Shown here: in pieces, positions 29,568 to 37,754 of the stretch
Numbering within the stretch: the stretch's first letter is position 1
Layout: each line of letters starts with the position of its first letter
IMG/VR virus record: IMGVR_UViG_3300028654_000001
Span: 186,001-250,000 of that record
Direction: 5' to 3' (one strand)
Length of the DNA: 64,000 nt
The notes under the pieces: model-generated
What the model saw: only the letters and a program-made list of their open reading frames with translations
Database searches by the model: none
Told to the model about the DNA's origin: nothing
Position numbers and translations under genes: made by a program

Positions 29568-30561
29568 TCACCCAGAAGTCTGAACACAGGTTTGTGTTCT
29601 TGATGTAGTCATAACTGGCCCAATAATAGCCATTTAGCCCCCAATCAACTCCCCATGAATTGCGTACCAAGAAGGCACCCTTGGAGTTCGCTCTAAAGGG
29701 GTTGATCATGTTATCATTATATCCGACAAGGCATTGCGCGTGTCCGCCTTGGAGTTGCTCAGACGAACTTGGGAGATCCAAGAAGCCCTTAGTAGCCATG
29801 TCCTGGGACATGAAGTAGTCATAAACCTGAAACCCATAACCCACGAGCAAACCAGAGGCAATAGAGGCCTTCATTGTCGCTAGATCACCATCCGTAATAG
29901 AGTGGTAACTAGTGATCTTCTTGGCTGAGGCTGCTGTCCAGATTGCTTGAGGGGGCTTGACCGTAAACTTGGTAATATCATACGGCCAGGATGCCTCATC
30001 TGCGCAACCGTACTGGGCACCAGCTTTGATAGTGTCACGAATTGTCGCCCCTGAGTCCTCATTGACTGTGTTTTCTATAGTCCTAGTAACGTAGTACTCA
30101 AACAACCTGCTGACCTGGATCAGCTTCGTGGGAGTCGGCGTTGGGGTTGGTGTAGGAGTCGGCGTTGGAGCTGGTGTAGGAGTCGGCGTTGGAGCTGGTG
30201 GGGGTGTAACCGTTGTTAGGTAAGAGATCACCCCAGATGCAGATACTGTAATACCAGATACTGTAACCGTTGCCCCTGCTGCCATAGCGGAGCCAACAAT
30301 GGACTTTTTAGCACCCTTGCTGATCTCATCCGCTTCAACCATTCCGGCGAACATATTGGCGGTACAAGATCCAAGTTGCCCTTGATCCTCAATCGTGCTG
30401 CAGCCTGACCTGAGGTCAACAGAAGTAGGGGCTGCTGTTAGCAACCCTTGAGGTAATTTAACTCGGAATGCTTCATCCCGAGCGTCAAAGGTTTGTTTTC
30501 TCCATCCACCAAGGTGAACTTGGCGAACAGAACCGTCATGAGTGTGGTGTGCTCTGAGCAT
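29548..30561 (-). CDS. papain-like C1 cysteine peptidase
   Basis: DQGQLGSCTAN, GGHA, VRNSWG..WG..GY; Pro/Thr insert. Confidence 0.92.
   Translation of the reverse strand: MLRAHHTHDGSVRQVHLGGWRKQTFDARDEAFRVKLPQGLLTAAPTSVDLRSGCSTIEDQGQLGSCTANMFAGMVEADEISKGAKKSIVGSAMAAGATVTVSGITVSASGVISYLTTVTPPPAPTPTPTPAPTPTPTPTPTPTPTKLIQVSRLFEYYVTRTIENTVNEDSGATIRDTIKAGAQYGCADEASWPYDITKFTVKPPQAIWTAASAKKITSYHSITDGDLATMKASIASGLLVGYGFQVYDYFMSQDMATKGFLDLPSSSEQLQGGHAQCLVGYNDNMINPFRANSKGAFLVRNSWGVDWGLNGYYWASYDYIKNTNLCSDFWVIVTEAL
30130..30200 (-). repeat. tandem repeats encoding a PTPTP linker
   Basis: ggagtcggcgttgg unit repeated three times. Confidence 0.8.
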
Positions 30562-30595
30562 ACCCCAGAGGGGTAATAAGTGGATTAGTATCTGA

Positions 30596-31156
30596 CTATT
30601 TTTTCACGTTTGAGCTAACCTCAAAGGCTGCCCACGCCTCACTCAGCCCCATGAGTTCCGGATGGAACCCGAGCTCCAACATCTCATCATAAGCATCGTC
30701 TTTTGGCATATCCCCAGAGAGAACTCGATGTCGACCAATCAAGTACCCAGTTCGGTCATGGCCATGGGTGCAATGAACTAGAACCCCATCCCTCTTCAGG
30801 ATGATGAAATCGGCTTGAGCCACCTTCTCTGGATCAGGCTTTAGAAATGTATTCGTGAAGTCATTGATGATATCCTTGTCCCCATCAGGTTGAATACTCA
30901 GGACGTAGACCCACAACCCAACAGAAGTAGCGCCAGAGTCACTACCCTCGGATTCGAAGTTCAGTTTGACAACTACGTTGATCCCTAGCCCCTTTAGATA
31001 CCTCCAATCATCGATACTCTGAGGCTGCCCTGATCTCCAAACCCCTGGCTTCACCTGAATTAGGTTCGGAATGTTGTGCGAGTAAACTGTCTTTTTCCCG
31101 ATGACAGCTAAGATCCAAATCCAGATAGTGTGAAAGAACTTCTTGATGCTTGCCAT
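30596..31156 (-). CDS. dual-specificity/tyrosine phosphatase
   Basis: VWRSGQP and CX5R loop VHCTHGHDRTG. Confidence 0.9.
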   Translation of the reverse strand: MASIKKFFHTIWIWILAVIGKKTVYSHNIPNLIQVKPGVWRSGQPQSIDDWRYLKGLGINVVVKLNFESEGSDSGATSVGLWVYVLSIQPDGDKDIINDFTNTFLKPDPEKVAQADFIILKRDGVLVHCTHGHDRTGYLIGRHRVLSGDMPKDDAYDEMLELGFHPELMGLSEAWAAFEVSSNVKK

Positions 31157-31185
31157 TCCATGGCATTTTGATAAGAATATTAGTA

Positions 31186-31434
31186 ATGAACCGGTTTACC
31201 CGAATCCTGAGTGAGAGTCACCTGCCCTATGATATGAGGCAAACAAGGATTGTCTACCTCAAGCTATACGATGATTGTAGGGTAGGGGACCCCGGAGTTA
31301 GAGATACACTCAACCCATGTGACTACTTCAAATATGGTACCGCCAGCGGTGATTGTGAATCCGATGGCCACTACATGTGCAAGGAATGTAAGTGTCTGAC
31401 ACCACTCAAGGCAGGGCGAGCACTTTCAGAGTAG
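31186..31434 (+). CDS. small Cys-rich protein with degenerate N-terminal tag (NRFTRIL)
   Basis: C..CESDGHYMCKEC; start taken at the internal Met. Confidence 0.55.
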   Translation: MNRFTRILSESHLPYDMRQTRIVYLKLYDDCRVGDPGVRDTLNPCDYFKYGTASGDCESDGHYMCKECKCLTPLKAGRALSE

Positions 31435-31951
31435 GCTCAATGTGGGTTGAGGATAAACCCCTTGCATAGTCGGTCTTGATCAGATGATCCTTCAAGTAAT
31501 CCATATCATCATCATCGTCAAGAATGACAAAATGATCGACTGGATTCCGGTCCATCCACTCTTGGATCTCGTGCCCTCGACAGGTATGGTCCCACCGATC
31601 TAGGTTGGTGGCCGTCATATCAACGATATCGCCTTGAAACCCCTTGAACTTCAGTATCCTTTCAAGGGCTTCCAAAGGATGACTGTATCTCCACGAAGAT
31701 GAGATCACTACTTTAGCCCCAGACTTAGCTAGGATCTCATTAAGAACAACGACTGCCTTTGTGTCGATGCTGAGGATACTATTTAGGATTGTCGACCGAG
31801 GACAAGGTGGATCAAAGAGATATCCAAGGTCACACGCTAATTCGAACTCAACTGGATTCGGAGTGGTGTCCGCTTTGATAGTCTTTAGGTGCTTTGATGA
31901 GTTGAGTACCCCGTCCAGATCAAGAAATAGTATACTAGTGTACTGTGCCAT
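31406..31951 (-). CDS. HAD-superfamily phosphatase (Swiss-Army-knife RNA-repair HAD type)
   Basis: FLDLDGVLN, ISSSWR, RGHEI..W, FVILDD. Confidence 0.88.
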   Translation of the reverse strand: MAQYTSILFLDLDGVLNSSKHLKTIKADTTPNPVEFELACDLGYLFDPPCPRSTILNSILSIDTKAVVVLNEILAKSGAKVVISSSWRYSHPLEALERILKFKGFQGDIVDMTATNLDRWDHTCRGHEIQEWMDRNPVDHFVILDDDDDMDYLKDHLIKTDYARGLSSTHIEPTLKVLALP

Positions 31952-32003
31952 CTAGTAATCAAGTACACCTCACATCAGAAAGTTTTTATGACAAACACTT
32001 GGC

Positions 32004-32141
32004 ATGAAGACTATAATTGTTACAGTGCTACTTTCCTGCTCTTTACTTAGTTGCTCAAAAACCAAAGCACCTGAAAGCCCAGTAACCGCTCAAACACAAA
32101 GGTCTGATGCTGATGCTGGTGCTGACGCTGACGTTGAGTAA
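32004..32141 (+). CDS. small lipoprotein (45 aa, below the ORF-track cutoff)
   Basis: MKTIIVTVLLSCSLLS-C signal peptide and lipobox. Confidence 0.6.
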   Translation: MKTIIVTVLLSCSLLSCSKTKAPESPVTAQTQRSDADAGADADVE

Positions 32142-32147
32142 TAAACA

Positions 32148-32184
32148 ATCGGGTCAGGGGAGCCACAACATCCCCCCTGACCCG
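32148..32184. terminator. GC-rich hairpin between convergent genes
   Basis: tcgggtcagggg...cccctgacccga inverted repeat. Confidence 0.6.
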
Positions 32185-32195
32185 ACCGAGAGCTT

Positions 32196-32564
32196 CTAGC
32201 GTCGACGAGAAGATCTACTACGAGCCTTCGGCTCTGCCTTTGCTCTTGGGGCCACAGGAAGTTTTACGGCTCTCTTCTGATGAGACCGTCTTGGGGAAAC
32301 TTCAGCCTCTGGTTCAGTTGTTGGAGCAAATGGAATCTTTGGAGTTCGTCGAGCTATAGAAACTGGATCAGTACCAATATTGACTCGAGATCCAGCTTTA
32401 CTACCTCTACGTTCCTCCCCTATGAGCCTAGCTATCTGAATGGTTAGAGCAACCGGATCCAAGACATTTGGAGAACTTACGGGACTAATCTTTCGCTCCC
32501 GATATACGTCCACAGCTTCGGCTAAATCTTGGGAAACTTGTTGCGCTTCTCGACTCAACGGCAT
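32196..32564 (-). CDS. hypothetical protein with basic C-terminus
   Basis: AGGAGG SD before Met 32564; ends RSRSSRRR. Confidence 0.65.
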   Translation of the reverse strand: MPLSREAQQVSQDLAEAVDVYRERKISPVSSPNVLDPVALTIQIARLIGEERRGSKAGSRVNIGTDPVSIARRTPKIPFAPTTEPEAEVSPRRSHQKRAVKLPVAPRAKAEPKARSRSSRRR

Positions 32565-32668
32565 GATTCCTCCTACTATACTCTTTAGAATCCGGTGGAA
32601 ACTACACCAGAAGCACCGAGTTTGCATCAAGTTTTTGCAAGACCACCAAAAAGGTGTAAGCTTAGCTC

Positions 32669-33076
32669 GTGGCTTCCCCTCTTTTCAACTCTCAGAATCG
32701 CCCTCGGGCGGCTTCCCACTTAGCCGAGATTGACTTCGGCCGACTGGAAAAGTCTCGTAAAGAGAGCGGGAACGTCATCATAACCTACGAGACTTGCCCG
32801 GGTATTTTCCTACTGGCCTATGAGCAGGTTCATAATAGGAGCATCACATTTGCTCCGTTCCCAGTACCGAAGTACTGGGAACGACATGTGACCAGGGTTC
32901 ACTTACTGGTACCCGCTCCAGGCTCAATCAATCTCAAGAATGGGTCCCAAGTTACAACTATACCGGAGGATAGTGTAGCCCATGTTCTAGGGGCCATCCA
33001 GTATGTGCTAGAACAAGGTGGGTTCCAGGTAGTACTAGGTGCTCCAACTCGATTTGAACGAGCCGACGTGATTTAG
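32669..33076 (+). CDS. hypothetical protein with TRFER tag
   Basis: Ends APTRFERADVI; GGTGTA 10 nt upstream. Confidence 0.75.
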   Translation: MASPLFNSQNRPRAASHLAEIDFGRLEKSRKESGNVIITYETCPGIFLLAYEQVHNRSITFAPFPVPKYWERHVTRVHLLVPAPGSINLKNGSQVTTIPEDSVAHVLGAIQYVLEQGGFQVVLGAPTRFERADVI

Positions 33077-33598
33077 ACGAATAATCTTACGGACTGCCAT
33101 GAGAATCTTCCCCAACCGATTGACTCCAGTCTTTGAGCTTCCCCATCCCCAATAGGGATCGTGGACAGTACTCTCGATAATTGGACTTTCTCCGGTGCTC
33201 AAAAGAACCAACTGGCAGCTCTCATTCTGATCGAACTTGGATAGAACTACCCCGAACATTGCCCAATCTTTGACAAGGTTAATGACCTTGCTCGGACCAC
33301 GTCCATCATCTACAAGGTTATCGAAGTCCGGGTGCTCGTTTGTCCTGATAAATGGAGAATCCCAATCTTCCCGTAAGGGAAGGGTCCTATCTCGTCCGAT
33401 GGTGGCTGCAGCCATAGGATTGGCAGCGTTATGAATCCGATCAACTAAGTCCATCCGATGTGGGAAGAACTTCATTGCCTGAAAAGAAGCTTCTGAGGTC
33501 TTCCACTTACGACCCATAAACATAAGGCCATGCCTTGAAAAGTTTGAGAAACATCCGTAGGGTATCTCCTTTGGTGAATAAAATAGTACTAGTTCCAT
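33035..33598 (-). CDS. NADAR (YbiA-like) family protein
   Basis: YGCFSNF, TSEASFQAMKF, LREDW, KF.Q, LLSTG, DPYWG..G.NRLGKILM.VR. Confidence 0.9.
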   Translation of the reverse strand: MELVLFYSPKEIPYGCFSNFSRHGLMFMGRKWKTSEASFQAMKFFPHRMDLVDRIHNAANPMAAATIGRDRTLPLREDWDSPFIRTNEHPDFDNLVDDGRGPSKVINLVKDWAMFGVVLSKFDQNESCQLVLLSTGESPIIESTVHDPYWGWGSSKTGVNRLGKILMAVRKIIRLNHVGSFKSSWST

Positions 33599-33790
33599 AT
33601 TTTTGAGTACACCGAGTAGAAAGTTGTTTACTTCAGCCTACCGTTGATGTACACCTAGACCTTAGGCGGCTCTAGAGAGGACCTTCTGCTCCGCCCCCCT
33701 CAAGACAGAGGGTCTCCTAGGGCCGTCAATTATTTTGGTATTTAGAGGGATACATTTGTCCAGAAATGAGTGTACCCTGATTTAGGTAAA

Positions 33791-34276
33791 ATGCTCTGCG
33801 TCGGATTATTCGGAACTTGTGACAAGCATAAATGGAGAGATCCATTTATGGAGAAGTACGATGAGCTGGGAATCCCCTACTTCAATCCGATGGTCGACAA
33901 TTGGCACGCGGGGCTTGTACCACTTGAAGCTCAGCACTTGGCCGAAGATGAGATCATCATGTTCCCGATCCTCGGGTGGTCCTATGCTGAGGGCAGCCTT
34001 TCAGAGATGGGTTTTGGACCATTGAAGGCTATGCGCCAGAACAGTAATCGAAGCTTTGTGTACTTCATCGAGACAGTTCTCCACGAGAGGTTAACTGATC
34101 CAGAGCGATGTGAGGCATCACTCCGAGCTAGGGAGCTCCTCATTGGTCACCTAAAAGAGTTGGGTGCACCCAACATCTACCTTGTGCAGAGTCTCGAGCA
34201 AGCTCTCGAGACCACCATTGATCTCTATGGTGTACACAAGAAGATGAGTGAGTTGCACAATGCCTCAGCTGGATAG
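33791..34276 (+). CDS. nucleoside deoxyribosyltransferase-like protein
   Basis: GLFGTC..WR..YFNP.V..W..E..SLSEMG Rossmannoid pattern. Confidence 0.55.
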   Translation: MLCVGLFGTCDKHKWRDPFMEKYDELGIPYFNPMVDNWHAGLVPLEAQHLAEDEIIMFPILGWSYAEGSLSEMGFGPLKAMRQNSNRSFVYFIETVLHERLTDPERCEASLRARELLIGHLKELGAPNIYLVQSLEQALETTIDLYGVHKKMSELHNASAG

Positions 34277-34377
34277 ACTAGGTCAAGACCTAGAAGATCA
34301 GCGCCAACTCTGTAAACGCCCGATGACTTAAGAGACAGCGCGGACGAAACGGATAAGGCCTCGGTGTACTTGGGGGA

Positions 34378-34845
34378 GTGGCAACCCCTAGCATCGACGA
34401 TCCTTACCGTATACTAGCTTCATACGCTCTCCGTAAGCCACCTGAGGTTCTACCTAGCTCTGTTATTTTCGAGGCTAGGAAGAGGGCAAAGCAAGTATGT
34501 GGTTATGACCCACCACTATTGGATAGATTTCTCAGCTTCTATACAGACGTTGAACCTCACATAAGTGTCACAGCTGAGGATGCCGTACGGGCTGAGAAAC
34601 TACTTCGGTGTATCTGGAGGGGTGATGTCGATGAGGCCTATGATCCAACCCCTGGTACCTACCAGCATTTCAAGGGAAACTTCTACACAGTACAATCGAT
34701 AGCCAAGCTCCTACAAGGGCCAAAAGAAGAGCTGGCTGTTGTGTACGGAAATGATGATGGAACGTTTGTTAGACCCCTACGAGAGTGGGTTGAGTTAGTA
34801 CTTTGGCCTGATGGTGAATACCATCCTAGATTCAAGAGACAGTAG
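34378..34845 (+). CDS. DUF1653-domain protein
   Basis: GTYQHFKGNFYTV..VVY..FVRPL..PRF. Confidence 0.8.
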   Translation: MATPSIDDPYRILASYALRKPPEVLPSSVIFEARKRAKQVCGYDPPLLDRFLSFYTDVEPHISVTAEDAVRAEKLLRCIWRGDVDEAYDPTPGTYQHFKGNFYTVQSIAKLLQGPKEELAVVYGNDDGTFVRPLREWVELVLWPDGEYHPRFKRQ

Positions 34846-34847
34846 TT

Positions 34848-35597
34848 ATGCCAGCTGGAGCCTTTTGGCGCCTTCAGTACAGAGATGGCCTAGATCACAG
34901 AATTCAAGCTCGGGCTGATAGGCAAAGGTTTGCCCAAGACAGGAACGTCCTCACAGCCATTACTCGCTACCACGAGGGCGCTTTCGTTCTGGAGGTTCAG
35001 CTTGTCGATGATGCGGAGTCTACCTTCGATGGGAGTCTTCACGAGCTCTACAATCGACAGCAGTCCATTCGAAACCCACCGCCAGTGACTAGGACCATCT
35101 CCTCCTTAGCTAGATGGGGAAACACACCTGATTCAAATGGGATGGTCATAGATCCCCAAGTCAGGGAGAACATCATCAGTCAGTACATCCAAAGCTCAGG
35201 GGGTCGTCAACGATTGGCCCAGGCGATGGTAGCCCCTCTCCGAACACGACTAGACTACTCGGGGATGGCAAGACGGGTATTCATGGTTGAACCTCTCCAA
35301 GGAGGGGCCTTGCCCACCTACGACAAGGACATGGTCAGTGACTTCAACCCGCCCGACTGGGTCGACGCTGGCACGTGGGTCAAGAGTGACGATAAATACG
35401 CGATTATTGTGGCCACCGAGCCGAAGAATACCGAAAGCCTACCCTTCAACTCGGCTATAGTTGAATACCAGGTCTGGAGGGATTACGGGCCTCCAAAGAG
35501 GCTTGACGCGGAAACCTTCTGTAAGTACTGGTTACCATCCGAGACTCCAGCAGAGCCTAGAACCCGATTCGAACGAATTCTGATGGACGATGATTGA
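34848..35597 (+). CDS. mosaic protein: capsid-like segment + PxW domain + TRFER tag
   Basis: IISQYI..GRQRLAQAMVAPLR.RLDY...RRVFMVEPL..GALPTYDKD; ends PRTRFERILMDDD. Confidence 0.75.
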   Translation: MPAGAFWRLQYRDGLDHRIQARADRQRFAQDRNVLTAITRYHEGAFVLEVQLVDDAESTFDGSLHELYNRQQSIRNPPPVTRTISSLARWGNTPDSNGMVIDPQVRENIISQYIQSSGGRQRLAQAMVAPLRTRLDYSGMARRVFMVEPLQGGALPTYDKDMVSDFNPPDWVDAGTWVKSDDKYAIIVATEPKNTESLPFNSAIVEYQVWRDYGPPKRLDAETFCKYWLPSETPAEPRTRFERILMDDD

Positions 35598-35931
35598 AAC
35601 CCCACTTATCGATCTACCTACCGTGAGTAAGGGAAGACGGTTGGTTCAGGTCATCCTGGCCATACTAAAAACCCATCCCGAGGGGATCACAGAGGTTGGT
35701 CTCCACAAGGATGACTTCTGGATCTTGCTGGACATGCTCGGGTATTCATGTTCAACTGCAGTCGTGACCCTGCACAAGGTCAAGGTGTTTACTGATAATA
35801 CCAAGCAGGATATGCTTAGTATCCGAGCAAGTGGTGGTAGTTCCAAGGTCTTTATCGAGGATATCTGGGTGATCCTACATCCAGAAGAGGAAACCCGACT
35901 TCACCGCGTACTGAGGGAGGGAGTAATTTGA
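35590..35931 (+). CDS. hypothetical protein with TRLHR tag variant
   Basis: Ends ETRLHRVLREGVI. Confidence 0.7.
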   Translation: MIETPLIDLPTVSKGRRLVQVILAILKTHPEGITEVGLHKDDFWILLDMLGYSCSTAVVTLHKVKVFTDNTKQDMLSIRASGGSSKVFIEDIWVILHPEEETRLHRVLREGVI

Positions 35932-36297
35932 ATGATGAGGGTTCTGATCATTGATTCATACGCCAAGGAAGAAGCAGACAAGGTAGTCAAGTTTGCGTTC
36001 CGCCCAGAGAATCTTTACCGTCCAGGGACTACCGCCAGGATCCCAGGAAATGTGAGGAAGCATATCCTTGTACTCGGGGACTACAAGATAGTCTTCTCGT
36101 TGACACGAGATCCTCAAACTGGTGAGGTTTTCAGACACCTCTCAATGTCGGTTCCAACTCTAGGGGCCTTCCCACACCCTGCAGCGATAACCGAGGTCAT
36201 CGACCTATTTGGATTCAAGGGGGGTTTGTGTAACTGTCAACTCGATGCAAATAGAGTTGATAATTGCATCACAGTAGCTCAGAACCTCGAATCTTAG
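35932..36297 (+). CDS. hypothetical protein
   Basis: VFS..RHLSMSVP..PHP pattern. Confidence 0.75.
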   Translation: MMRVLIIDSYAKEEADKVVKFAFRPENLYRPGTTARIPGNVRKHILVLGDYKIVFSLTRDPQTGEVFRHLSMSVPTLGAFPHPAAITEVIDLFGFKGGLCNCQLDANRVDNCITVAQNLES

Positions 36298-36680
36298 ATC
36301 ACATCCTCCCTCTCAAATCGAGTTGGAGGGAGTTTTTCTTCTACCACCTTCTCTCTTTTGCGACTTAGGACCTGTGGCTTTGGGGCTGGACGCCACTTAT
36401 CTAGGACATCTTTTAACCAACGAGAGATGGCTGACTTCGGGTTACCTTCACGTTCGAAGTGGATGTAGTTGTTCCCACCTGAAACTACCCGTATACCTGT
36501 TATTACGAACACAGGCATATCATAGGGTGTAGGGTTTTCGGGCAGGTTACGACAAACCCAATCAGGTCCTTCAGGGAATAGTGAGGTAATCTTGGATGGT
36601 GGAAGTGGGATTATCTTACTCCCCACTGCAACCCAACTATCATCCTTTGGAGCTTTCCAGGGGTCTTTGATCCGAGGCAT
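36294..36680 (-). CDS. PxW-domain protein with TRFER tag
   Basis: Ends EKLPPTRFEREDVI. Confidence 0.75.
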   Translation of the reverse strand: MPRIKDPWKAPKDDSWVAVGSKIIPLPPSKITSLFPEGPDWVCRNLPENPTPYDMPVFVITGIRVVSGGNNYIHFEREGNPKSAISRWLKDVLDKWRPAPKPQVLSRKREKVVEEKLPPTRFEREDVI

Positions 36681-36718
36681 TAGTTACCACTACACCGGTG
36701 TAAGTGGTAACTAATGCC
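36676..36718. promoter_or_regulatory. palindromic divergent promoter region (two back-to-back GGTGTA motifs)
   Basis: ggcattagttaccactacacc|ggtgtaagtggtaactaatgcc; perfect inverted repeat except one extra A. Confidence 0.7.
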
Positions 36719-37754
36719 AACGTGGAGGATTGAGTACCCTAGCCTACTTGCAAACGATAGAACACAGCTATACGCCGAGTGGGCTCTCATCCGAAACGAT
36801 CCTATGCTGACAAACTGTGAGACTACAGAAAGTCAGGACAACCCAATAACGATACTTACAGCCTCTTTCCTTGGGTTTGGCCCTGAGAACCCCGCGGTCT
36901 CAGAGATTATCCGAAGGCGAGGGATCCTACAACTTCCTGTCAACATCCAGATGCCGCTTATAGTATCCCGTCTGGCATCCAACAGTGAAGGTAGGTATGA
37001 GGTCGTTAGGGATGACCAACCCAGGTTCGGTGATGGCAGGCATTCGAGACCAGACAGGTTGCGAGGACACACCATTAACGCGATCATGTTTGATGTTGAG
37101 GCTTCGTTCAATAGTGGGATCCCACTACATCCTGGGGATCTTGTCGGAGTGGATCCCGCTACTGGATTAGTTATCCGTGAGGGTTTGTCCTTACTCTCGA
37201 CTCCTCCCGTTGGGATTGTAGCTGGGGTTGATATCGCAGTTGGTAGTGATCGATCTGAGATTACCCTGGCTCGGAGAAGGTTCCCAGAAGATGCTGATAG
37301 AGCTTTCAGGCAAGAGTTCATGGGGGAATTCCCAGAAGAAGGCTCCCCGGTTAGAACTGAGCTGACAGTCCTCGCTGCGGATCCCCCAAGAGCCCCCATT
37401 GGGTTCACGGTGCATGAGCGGATTGGAATGGCAGTCATCAACCCACGTACAATCGAACGGATTCAGGCAACTAGGGTTAACGTACCCCTATTCGAACTTG
37501 AGAATAACCCACAAATCAACCTGAGTGACATACGAGAACGAAGACTTGACCTGATCGAGCGTTCGGTGCACTCGATCCAAGAACAAGAGGATCGGGAGAT
37601 CTTGGCCGCACTCGAGGGTACCTTCACGAACCAGCCGAGGCCTCCAGTGACCCCGACCCCAGTGGTGGCACCTGAACCTGTGGAGGAGAACTTCATCCGT
37701 AGAACCCGCTTCGAGCGTATCCTTGATGATACAGATGAACTGTACCCACTCTAA
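36714..37754 (+). CDS. mosaic protein with terminase-like and capsid-like fragments + TRFER tag
   Basis: LRGHTINAIMFD, GVDIAVGSDRS, FRQEFMGEF, RTELTVL, PLFELENNPQI..I.ERR.DLIER; ends RTRFERILDDTDELYPL. Confidence 0.75.
   Translation: MPTWRIEYPSLLANDRTQLYAEWALIRNDPMLTNCETTESQDNPITILTASFLGFGPENPAVSEIIRRRGILQLPVNIQMPLIVSRLASNSEGRYEVVRDDQPRFGDGRHSRPDRLRGHTINAIMFDVEASFNSGIPLHPGDLVGVDPATGLVIREGLSLLSTPPVGIVAGVDIAVGSDRSEITLARRRFPEDADRAFRQEFMGEFPEEGSPVRTELTVLAADPPRAPIGFTVHERIGMAVINPRTIERIQATRVNVPLFELENNPQINLSDIRERRLDLIERSVHSIQEQEDREILAALEGTFTNQPRPPVTPTPVVAPEPVEENFIRRTRFERILDDTDELYPL

Noticed and set aside
34300-34360. Hammerhead-like CCGATGA...GAAAC in an intergenic gap
   Set aside because: The core deviates from CUGAUGA, and convincing stems II/III and a cleavage triplet could not be built.
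36833-37441. 202-aa antisense ORF and many similar overlapping ORFs in the track
   Set aside because: They lie opposite or inside better-supported genes, are Ser/Arg-rich shadow frames and lack upstream motifs.
34848-37754. Calling these the real major capsid or terminase genes
   Set aside because: Only short, permuted fragments are present, with no Walker A and no surrounding head-assembly genes.
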